A DNA stretch of 32,000 nt from Nitrososphaera viennensis EN76 (GTDB taxonomy: Archaea > Thermoproteota > Nitrososphaeria > Nitrososphaerales > Nitrososphaeraceae), in assembly GCF_000698785.1 (NCBI RefSeq), contig NZ_CP007536.1, positions 1,260,001-1,292,000 on the forward strand, written 5' to 3'. Under the pieces are notes generated by a model, which was not told the origin of the DNA, did no database searches, and saw nothing but the letters and a program-made list of their open reading frames with translations. Position numbers and translations under genes: made by a program. This document shows positions 23,485-31,014 of this stretch, one piece after another (position 1 is the first letter of the stretch; every line of letters starts with the position of its first letter).

Positions 23485-26130
23485 ATGCCCGCCGCCATTA
23501 TTGTATATAGCGGAAGGCAATTTAGCCCGGAGGGACAAGACGCAGGCGTGACAAGCTATCGCTGCCCGAAATGCAGTTCTCCCCATTCGGTGGGCGCAGA
23601 CAGGATATTTGACGGGCGGCTGATGTTCCGGTGCGCAAGGTGCAAGGTCTGCGCGATTGTGCAGTCATCGTCTGCGAGCATCGACGAGTCGTACCTGGAG
23701 TTCCTTGACAAGTGCGAGGACGGAGGAGCCGCCACAGCCGACGACCTGCGGCTCTTGATGGAGCAGGAGAGGATCATCAGGCCAAAGAAGGAGGTGGATG
23801 CGATGCTTGCTGGGCTGGGCGGCAAGGATCCGCTTTTGGAAGAGGTGCTGCGCTCTGACCGCGACTATATCGTTGATTTCCGCTCGCTTGAGGAGCCGCC
23901 GCCAGAGTACGGCAGTGATATCAATGGTCTGCCGGTTGACGAAGGCATAACCAGCGTCCTGAAGGCAAAGGGCATTGGAAAATTGTATAAATTCCAGGAA
24001 GAGGCCGTGAAAAAGATCCTGCAGGGAAAAGACGTCGTCATCACGGCTCCGACTGCATCCGGCAAGACGGAGGCGTTTTGCATACCTATCCTGCAAAAGA
24101 TAGCAGAAGAGGTTTCGCGCTTTGGCTCGCTTCGCGCCGGAGACGAGCGCGGAAAAATAATGGCGATTTTCGTGTACCCGACAAAGGCCCTTGCGCGCGA
24201 CCAGATGCCAAAGATAACCGAGCTTGCCAAGCCCCTTGGCGTGCGCGCGGCGGTCCTTGACGGCGATACGCCGGACACAGAACGTGCAAAGATCCTTGAG
24301 TCCCTGCCAGACATCATCGTCACCAACTTTGACGTCATACACTACCACATGATGCACCGGACGAGGCTCTCCAGAGCATTAAGGACTGCAAAGTTCCTTG
24401 TAGTCGACGAGGCGCACGTCTATACCGGCGTCTTTGGGGCAAACGTGCACCACATCATCGCGCGGCTGGAGCGGCTTGCCGGCGGCGGGAAGATGCAGAT
24501 AGCCGCGGCGTCTGCGACGCTTCCAAACGCGGCCGACTTTTGCAAGGCGCTCTTTGGCAGGGAGATGCAGGTCGTAAAAGGAAGGGGAAGGCGCGGCAGG
24601 GTCAACCTTGCAATAATATTCCCGTCATTGCGGTCGCACCGCTCCCTTGCCCTTGACATTGTAAAAGAAGCGGCAGCAAAGGGCAGGCACAGGACGATTG
24701 CGTTTTCAAACTCGCACCTTGGCTCTGAGCTGCTGGCGTTTTACGCGGCAAGGCAGGGCGTGTCGATAAGGGTGCACAGGGCCGGCCTGACGGCATCTGC
24801 AAGGGCAGGCGTGGAGGAGATGTTCAAGTCCGGCAAGCTGTCTGCAATATCTGCCACCCCGACGCTTGAGCTTGGCATCGACATTGGCGACGTGGACGCC
24901 ATCGTCTCAAACATCGTCCCTGTCAACCGCCTCGTGCAGAGGATAGGAAGGGCCGCGCGCAGAGGCCAGCAGGGGTACGCGTTTTTGGCGCTTGGCAACG
25001 ACCCCATAAGCCAGTACTACAAGTCGCATCCCGACGATTACCTGTCAGACCAGGAATTTGCATACACTGACCCGGAGAACCCGTTTGTCAAAGAGTTCCA
25101 GATATTGGCCATGGCGTGTGACAGGCCGGTATCGATGGCCGAGTCGAAAGGCGCGTGGGACGCGGTGCAGAAACTTGTCTCAAGGGGGCTTTTGAGCCTC
25201 GAAAAGGAGCGCTTTGTGCCCGACTTCAAAAAGGCGATGGCAGTTCTAAACAATTACAGCATACGCGGAATAGGAAGCAGGGTCGACATCAAGCTTGCAG
25301 GCAAAATAGCCGGGGACAGGTCGCTTCCGCAGGCACTGGAAGAGCTGCACCAGGACGCCATATACTTTCTTGCCGGCAGGCGCTACCGCGTAAAGGCGCT
25401 GCACTTTGAGCGCGACAGGCAACAGCCGTATGCCGAACTAGAAGCAATACCGTACGACTATCCATACTACACCAAGGCGCTCACCGACGAGTGGCCGTCG
25501 ATACTTGAAGTGCACGAGCGAAAGAAGGTGTTCGGCATTGAAGTCGCGTACTGCTCGCTGAAGATACAGAAAAGGGTGCTTGGCTACGCCAACATCGAGA
25601 TAGGCCAGGAAGTGGCGCAGGGCAAGACGAAGGTGATGTTTGACCAGCCCCTTGAATTCGAGTTTGCGACCAAGGGGTTCGTGTTCCGTGCGCCAAGGCC
25701 GGAGGAAACGATGTCAAAGGCAGACGACGAAGAGTACATCGGGATGAGCGCGTTCCACGCGTCAGAGCACGTCATAATAGAGGGAAGCGCCATGATAACG
25801 GGAGGCGCGTCGCAGGACCTTGGCGGAATCTCGCTTGGGTCGTCGGGGCTCATATTCGTGTACGACGGGAGCGTGGGTGGAAACGGCGCAAGCAAAGTAT
25901 TGTACGACCGCCTGGACAGGGCGCTTGGCAGGGCGCTTCGCATACTGTCTGAATGCCCGTGCACGAGCGAGAGCGGCTGCCCCAGATGCACCTACTCGTA
26001 CAGGTGCGGCAACAATAACGAATACCTGCACAAGGCAGCAGCCATCGAGGTCATGAACCGCGCAGTGGAGGGCGAGGCGACCGAGATAGGAGATGACGAG
26101 GAAATACAGGGCGACCGTGCCCTAGTTTAG
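23485..26130 (+). CDS. DEAD/DEAH-box helicase of the COG1205 (MrfA/YprA/Hrq1-like) type, with an N-terminal zinc ribbon and a C-terminal DUF1998 Cys cluster
   Basis: Helicase motifs are APTASGKTEAF (I), VVDEAHVY (II), AASATL (III) and QRIGRAARRGQ (VI). The N-terminal ribbon is CPKC-N19-CARC. The C-terminal cluster is CPCTSESGCPRCTYSYRCGNNN. The true start may be GTG 23548, downstream of the TATA-like TTGTATATAG at 23501-23510. Confidence 0.9.
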   Translation: MPAAIIVYSGRQFSPEGQDAGVTSYRCPKCSSPHSVGADRIFDGRLMFRCARCKVCAIVQSSSASIDESYLEFLDKCEDGGAATADDLRLLMEQERIIRPKKEVDAMLAGLGGKDPLLEEVLRSDRDYIVDFRSLEEPPPEYGSDINGLPVDEGITSVLKAKGIGKLYKFQEEAVKKILQGKDVVITAPTASGKTEAFCIPILQKIAEEVSRFGSLRAGDERGKIMAIFVYPTKALARDQMPKITELAKPLGVRAAVLDGDTPDTERAKILESLPDIIVTNFDVIHYHMMHRTRLSRALRTAKFLVVDEAHVYTGVFGANVHHIIARLERLAGGGKMQIAAASATLPNAADFCKALFGREMQVVKGRGRRGRVNLAIIFPSLRSHRSLALDIVKEAAAKGRHRTIAFSNSHLGSELLAFYAARQGVSIRVHRAGLTASARAGVEEMFKSGKLSAISATPTLELGIDIGDVDAIVSNIVPVNRLVQRIGRAARRGQQGYAFLALGNDPISQYYKSHPDDYLSDQEFAYTDPENPFVKEFQILAMACDRPVSMAESKGAWDAVQKLVSRGLLSLEKERFVPDFKKAMAVLNNYSIRGIGSRVDIKLAGKIAGDRSLPQALEELHQDAIYFLAGRRYRVKALHFERDRQQPYAELEAIPYDYPYYTKALTDEWPSILEVHERKKVFGIEVAYCSLKIQKRVLGYANIEIGQEVAQGKTKVMFDQPLEFEFATKGFVFRAPRPEETMSKADDEEYIGMSAFHASEHVIIEGSAMITGGASQDLGGISLGSSGLIFVYDGSVGGNGASKVLYDRLDRALGRALRILSECPCTSESGCPRCTYSYRCGNNNEYLHKAAAIEVMNRAVEGEATEIGDDEEIQGDRALV

Positions 26131-26134
26131 GTAA

Positions 26135-26146
26135 ACGTTTAAGAAT
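26135..26146 (+). promoter_or_regulatory. promoter core ACGTTTAAGAAT (BRE/TATA-like) of the topoisomerase IB gene
   Basis: Ends 28 nt before ATG 26175. Identical to the 12-mer at 20932..20943. Confidence 0.4.
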
Positions 26147-26174
26147 AGAGAAGCGCGCTTCTCCAATAAATTAC

Positions 26175-27860
26175 ATGGAAGAGGTCGCTGCAGCACCACA
26201 GCCGCAGGCGCGCATAAGGTGGAGTTCGCTTGTCCACAGGGGCGTCGCCTTCCCGCCCGAGCACCAGCCAAGGGGCATCACCATTTCGATAAAGGGAGAA
26301 AAGGTCGCGCTCAACGCAGACCAGGAAGAGCTCGTGTACGCGTGGGCGAAGAAGAAGGACACCCACTATGTGCAGGACCCCGTGTTCCAGTCCAACTTTT
26401 TGCTCGACCTAAAGCCGCTGCTTCCAGAAAAATTCAGAAAAGCAGACCTAAAGATTTCCGACTTTGATTTCTCTCAGGCGTTCCGGCTTGCCGACGAGGA
26501 GAAGATGATGAAAGAGCGAGAAAAGGAGCGCATAAAGAACCTTCCAAGGGAAGAAAAGAAAAAGATGGCAGAGGCAAAAAAGGCAGAGCGCGAGCGGCTA
26601 AAGGCGCTGTACGGCAAGGCAGTGGTTGATGGTCAGGAAGTAGACATCGCCAACTGGCTTGTCGAGCCGCCGGGCCTGTTCATGGGCAGGGGCCAGCACC
26701 CGCTGCGTGGCCGCTGGAAGCCCCGCGTCAGACCGCAGGACGTTACGCTAAACCTTGGCGAGGACGCGCCAGTGCCAGAAGGCGAGTGGAAGGAAATCGT
26801 CCACGACCACACATCGACCTGGCTTGCGACGTGGATGGAGAACCTGACTGAAAAGCGCAAGTACGTCTGGCTCCATGATTCCTCGGAACTGCGGCAGGGC
26901 AATGATAAAGCCAAGTACGACAAGGCGCTGAACCTGGCGCAGCAGCTGGGCAAGGTCGAAAAGGAGATCATGCGCAAGATGAAGGGCTCTAACGACAAAG
27001 CCGCAACCGCCGCGTATCTCATATTCAAGCTTGCCATGAGGGTCGGAGACGAAAAGGACCCCGACGAGGCCGACACGGTGGGCGCAAGCACGCTTCGCGT
27101 CGAGCACATAAAGTTCCCGCAACAAAACGGCAAACAATACATCGAGTTCAACTTCCTCGGCAAGGACAGCGTGCCGTGGCAAAAGACGCTTGAGGTCAAT
27201 TCTGAGGACACGAGGGCGCTCTACGACAACCTGCGCAATTTCATGAAGGGCAAGAAACCCGACCAGCAGATATTTGACGACATCAACTCGCGCAAGGTAA
27301 ACGCGTTCTTCCAGACGGTGATGCCGGGCCTGACAGCCAAGGTGTTCAGGACGTGCATCGCCACAAAGGTGGTGCAGCAGGCGCTCGTCAACCCGCCCAT
27401 CAAGGTGGACAGGAACTCGCAAGAGTCAGACAAGGTGTATGTGGCGAAGTCTGCAAACCTGAAAGCGGCAATAGAGTGCAACCACAAAAAGGGCGTGGAC
27501 CCCAAGAACCCGGCGGCAAAAAAAGCCGCGGAAAAGTTTGAAGAAGCTGTTGCCAAGAGGAATCAGGCCATAGCCGAGCTTGAAAAGCAGGTGGCGGCAG
27601 GAAACTGGAAGACAGAGACCCAGGAAAAGCGGCTGAAAGAGCGGCTTGCCAAGTTGAAAATGCAGTTGAAGCTGCAGCAGGAAACCCGCGACTATAATCT
27701 GGGGACATCGCTTCGCAACTACATCGACCCCCGCGTCATGAAGGCGTGGCTCAACTATGTTGACCTTGACTGGACCAAAGTGTACACCGCGACCCTACAG
27801 CGCAAGTTCAAGTGGGTAGAAGGGTACAAGGAAAAGAATTACTCCAGATTCTATCCCTGA
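26175..27860 (+). CDS. DNA topoisomerase IB (eukaryote-like)
   Basis: 561 aa. The N-terminal Topo I DNA-binding signature is WSSLVHRGVAFPPEH. The C-terminal catalytic tyrosine context is LGTSLRNYIDPRV (compare eukaryotic SKxNYxDPR). Topo IB is a known thaumarchaeal hallmark. Confidence 0.93.
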   Translation: MEEVAAAPQPQARIRWSSLVHRGVAFPPEHQPRGITISIKGEKVALNADQEELVYAWAKKKDTHYVQDPVFQSNFLLDLKPLLPEKFRKADLKISDFDFSQAFRLADEEKMMKEREKERIKNLPREEKKKMAEAKKAERERLKALYGKAVVDGQEVDIANWLVEPPGLFMGRGQHPLRGRWKPRVRPQDVTLNLGEDAPVPEGEWKEIVHDHTSTWLATWMENLTEKRKYVWLHDSSELRQGNDKAKYDKALNLAQQLGKVEKEIMRKMKGSNDKAATAAYLIFKLAMRVGDEKDPDEADTVGASTLRVEHIKFPQQNGKQYIEFNFLGKDSVPWQKTLEVNSEDTRALYDNLRNFMKGKKPDQQIFDDINSRKVNAFFQTVMPGLTAKVFRTCIATKVVQQALVNPPIKVDRNSQESDKVYVAKSANLKAAIECNHKKGVDPKNPAAKKAAEKFEEAVAKRNQAIAELEKQVAAGNWKTETQEKRLKERLAKLKMQLKLQQETRDYNLGTSLRNYIDPRVMKAWLNYVDLDWTKVYTATLQRKFKWVEGYKEKNYSRFYP

Positions 27861-27920
27861 GCGGTGGTCAGAAGACTTATATCGTTACATCATGCTTTTT
27901 TAAGCCGGACAATTGTTATA

Positions 27921-29459
27921 ATGAGAGATTCTTGTCCTTGGAGACCATCTGCAGGATTTTCCATTCCAAGGATATTCGCGATCCTGATGGTCGCGGCCAT
28001 CCTTGCTAGCGCAAGCACGGCCGCGGCCAGCGCGCAGGCGCCACCACCACAAACGCCGCCGGCTTATACTCCTGACTCGATATTCATGGCGCTGTTTGCA
28101 AACGGCGACGCGCTTGTCGAGTACGACGTCCTGATGTCAAACTCCACCACTACCACCACCGCTGCCAGCAAGGTAAAAGTCAAGCTCTTTGGCACCAACA
28201 TCAGCGAGCTCATTGTCACAGACCTTGACGACAAGATCCTCCCGTTCAAGATGGGGCCGCCCGGCGAGATAGAGATAACGCCGGGGAACGCGACTGGAGC
28301 CAGGATAAGCTACCTGACACCGGACCTAGTCAACAAGACCAAGAACACCTGGACGTTTACCCTCGAAGCTCCAATAGATGTGGCGATAAAGATGCCTGCA
28401 GACAGCGTTTCCATTGACTATGGCAGCAACGTGCCGTTGCTCAGCCAGATCGGGAGCCAGACACTGCTCACCTTCAAGGCAGGAAGCATTCGCTTCAGCT
28501 ACATCATTGGCACCCTTGGGACAGAAGACCAGGCAGACATTACAACCAAGTTTGCCGACGCGTCCATCAAGCAGGCAAAGGCAAGTTACCAGGGCATAGT
28601 GCTTTCCGAGGAGGAGACCCTCCTTGCCAACGCGATGGCGGCAAAGAGCGCCGGCAAGTTTGGAGATGCCATCAAGCTGGCAACGCAGGCAAGCGATCAG
28701 GTCCAGCGCGTAATAGGCGAGTATACGGCGGCGCAATCAGAGATTTCACGCGCCAGCTCGCAGATATCGCAGGCCTCAAGCCAGGGGCGCGACACCTCTC
28801 GCGCAGCGTCGCTCCTTGACCAGGCAAGGGCCGAGTTTTCGCAGGGCAAGTATTCTCAGGCAAGGTCTACCACTGCCCAGGCCGTCGCGGCGATAACCGA
28901 CGCGATGCAATTCCCGACAATGTGGGTTGCAATAATAGGGGCCGTAGTTGCAGGAGGCGGCGCCGGCGCGTACCTGTTCTTCTTCAAGAAAAGGGCCGGC
29001 AAGCAGGCGGCCGCTACTACTACCGCGACGACATTTCGCGATCCAGAGCCCAATGGCTCTGACGCGCAGCCGGCGCTGGAGCCGCAAGAGGAAGATGAAC
29101 GAGAGCCAGAAGAAGCCGGCGCGGCGGCGACAACAAGCACACCGCCTCCACCAGTCGAGTCTGCAAGGGCGCTTGCGGAGATATCCGAGTCGCAGATAGA
29201 CACCAGCCTGCTTGCAAGGATAGTCTCAAGGATAATCGAGGAAAAGCCGCATTTGAGGCCCGAAGACCGCGACGTGCTCGGGTTCCTTGCGGAAAAGGAA
29301 GGAGCCGCATTTGAAAGCGAGGTGCGCACCAGGTTCAGCCTGCCCAAGACGACTGTCTGGAGGCTGGTAAAGAGGCTGGAGCGCGAGGAGCTTGTCGAGA
29401 TAAGGAAGGCCGGCGGCCAGAACCTCATAAAGCTTAGGTTCGAGGGAAGGCAGGCATGA
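27921..29459 (+). CDS. membrane-anchored protein with an extracellular beta-rich domain, one internal TM helix and a cytoplasmic C-terminal winged-helix (MarR/ArsR-like) DNA-binding domain
   Basis: The track ORF starts at GTG 27864. ATG 27921 follows a TATA-like CTTATATCG about 30 nt upstream. The features in order are a signal or anchor (IFAILMVAAILASASTAAASA), a TM helix (MWVAIIGAVVAGGGAGAYLFFF), an acidic/Pro linker and a wHTH (DRDVLGFLAEKEGAAFESEVRTRFSLPKTTVWRLVKRLEREELVEIRK). Confidence 0.75.
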   Translation: MRDSCPWRPSAGFSIPRIFAILMVAAILASASTAAASAQAPPPQTPPAYTPDSIFMALFANGDALVEYDVLMSNSTTTTTAASKVKVKLFGTNISELIVTDLDDKILPFKMGPPGEIEITPGNATGARISYLTPDLVNKTKNTWTFTLEAPIDVAIKMPADSVSIDYGSNVPLLSQIGSQTLLTFKAGSIRFSYIIGTLGTEDQADITTKFADASIKQAKASYQGIVLSEEETLLANAMAAKSAGKFGDAIKLATQASDQVQRVIGEYTAAQSEISRASSQISQASSQGRDTSRAASLLDQARAEFSQGKYSQARSTTAQAVAAITDAMQFPTMWVAIIGAVVAGGGAGAYLFFFKKRAGKQAAATTTATTFRDPEPNGSDAQPALEPQEEDEREPEEAGAAATTSTPPPPVESARALAEISESQIDTSLLARIVSRIIEEKPHLRPEDRDVLGFLAEKEGAAFESEVRTRFSLPKTTVWRLVKRLEREELVEIRKAGGQNLIKLRFEGRQA

Positions 29460-29526
29460 AGATACTATCGCGGTTTTCAAAAAATTTCCACGCCACGCTT
29501 AAATAAAACAGGGCAGACAACTACCT

Positions 29527-30150
29527 ATGAGTTCAGGTCCTGACATCACGTCGCTTCTTTCCCTGCCCATAGAGAATTTTATCAACATGAACGTGGCCAT
29601 CATGGAAGGCGACAGGTACGTGGACCAGGCCCTTGAAAAGATGAAGGAAAAGGGCGTGCGAAGCGTCCTTGTTTCCCACCAGGGCGAGGTCGTCGGCATC
29701 GTCAGCAAGACGGACATACTATTCAAGGTCATGTCGCAGGGCCGGAACCCCGGCAAGGTGAAACTGAGAGAGATAATGACAAGCCCGGTGCTTGCAGTGG
29801 GCCCGCACAGCACGGTGCAGGAGACGCTTGCCATGATGGACAAGCACGTCGTCCGGCAGCTGATCGTCACCGCACAGTCGGCGGTGCTAGGCATGGTGTA
29901 CCGCGACGATATTTTCGAGCGCATACACCTGTCGACGGTATCGACCGCGGACGCGGCGCTGAAGGGGACGCCAGTGTGCATCATAAACCCAAAGGCTATT
30001 GCGTACATCAAGGACCTGAGCGCCGCGGCAGTAGTGTGCCCATACTGCGAGTTGCCTTTCGACTCCAAGGAAGCATTGTCAAAGCACATCGACAGGCTGC
30101 ACACAGGATCGGGCGTACTTGAAGGCGACGTCCGCAGGACATTTGAATAG
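29527..30150 (+). CDS. CBS-domain pair protein with a C-terminal C2H2 zinc finger
   Basis: 207 aa. Two CBS repeats (...VRSVLVSHQGEVVGIVSKTDIL... and ...VRQLIVTAQSAVLGMVYRDDIF...) are followed by CPYC-X12-H-X4-H (CPYCELPFDSKEALSKHIDRLH). Confidence 0.85.
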   Translation: MSSGPDITSLLSLPIENFINMNVAIMEGDRYVDQALEKMKEKGVRSVLVSHQGEVVGIVSKTDILFKVMSQGRNPGKVKLREIMTSPVLAVGPHSTVQETLAMMDKHVVRQLIVTAQSAVLGMVYRDDIFERIHLSTVSTADAALKGTPVCIINPKAIAYIKDLSAAAVVCPYCELPFDSKEALSKHIDRLHTGSGVLEGDVRRTFE

Positions 30151-30200
30151 TTAATATAAGCAGGGCGAAAATATCGCAACAGTACGCTTGCTGAGCGCGT

Positions 30201-30275
30201 GCCGGGGTAGCTCAGCTTGGTTAGAGCGTACGACTCATAATCGTAAGGTCGCGGGCTCAAATCCCGCCTCCGGCA
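30201..30275 (+). tRNA. tRNA with anticodon CAT (elongator Met, or Ile2 if C34 is modified)
   Basis: Folded by hand into a 75-nt cloverleaf. It has a 7-bp acceptor stem (GCCGGGG/CTCCGGC, one G-U), D arm GCTC/GAGC, anticodon stem TACGA/TCGTA with loop CTCATAA, a 5-nt variable loop, T arm GCGGG-CTCAAAT-CCCGC and discriminator A. No CCA is encoded. It lacks the initiator-type G-C rich anticodon stem. Confidence 0.9.
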
Positions 30276-30362
30276 CTACTACCTTATTTATCACATACAC
30301 ATTCGCGTCTCATTTCAGCACGGAAATTAAATGCAACAAAGCAACAAGGCCAACAAGAAAAA

Positions 30363-30602
30363 ATGTTTTTATCTCTTTTGCATACCATTAGAGTATTGAC
30401 CGCTCCGTTGCCAAAAGAATACAAATGCAAGATTTGTGGGACAGTTCTGGTAGACAGAGAACACCTGAACAGGCACAAGCAAGTACACAAGGGCAAGTTA
30501 GTGGAATTTGGCGATCCCTACGCTATCCAAGTTGTTGGGGCGCCGCAGGACACTACTATCGTTCGCGCAGTGAGTAACCTTTTAGGAAAAGGGGAGAAAT
30601 AA
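30363..30602 (+). CDS. small C2H2 zinc-finger protein (79 aa)
   Basis: Contains YKCKICGTVLVDREHLNRHKQVH, an exact fit to the classical C-X2-C-X12-H-X3-H spacing. Confidence 0.6.
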   Translation: MFLSLLHTIRVLTAPLPKEYKCKICGTVLVDREHLNRHKQVHKGKLVEFGDPYAIQVVGAPQDTTIVRAVSNLLGKGEK

Positions 30603-31014
30603 TTAATTCATTGTTAAAAGATCTTTTGCACGCTTGTTATGCAACAAAAGCATTGCATAACTTGTTGCATAGTCAGTGATCTTGCAAAAAGTCATCAACA
30701 CTAAATTTTATGAAGCAAACAATCAAGTATGACTATAAAATTTTCCGACTTTGTTATTTTTAATATGGTATATCTATCCCCCTACCACGTCAACGCTTTA
30801 TTCCTGACAAGATATAGAAGCTTCTGACATTTGGCAGAGGACTTGAACGATCACGGCTACTTCTGAGCCTTTGGATATTAATGAGACAGTCAGACGACAA
30901 TGATCTTTGTAATATTCGTTAAACAGATCGGACCTGTCGCAACAATTGAGAGCCATCCTATTATGATGTCGGCTATGGTACCAGCGACTGCTAGTATCAG
31001 CTTATATCTTGATA

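Noticed and set aside
29499-30260. 253-aa ORF on the minus strand
   Set aside because: It is antisense to the well-supported CBS/C2H2 gene and runs through the tRNA gene. Its composition is not protein-like.
30188-30391. 67-aa + strand ORF
   Set aside because: It is made largely of the tRNA(CAT) sequence and the AT-rich spacer, so the tRNA call explains the region.
30795-30956. Cys-rich 53-codon minus-strand ORF (MALNCCDRSDLFNEYYKDHCRL...) in the spacer before the surface-protein gene
   Set aside because: It is short, lies in AT-rich DNA, and has no promoter-like element or homology that I can recognise. The support is too weak to call.
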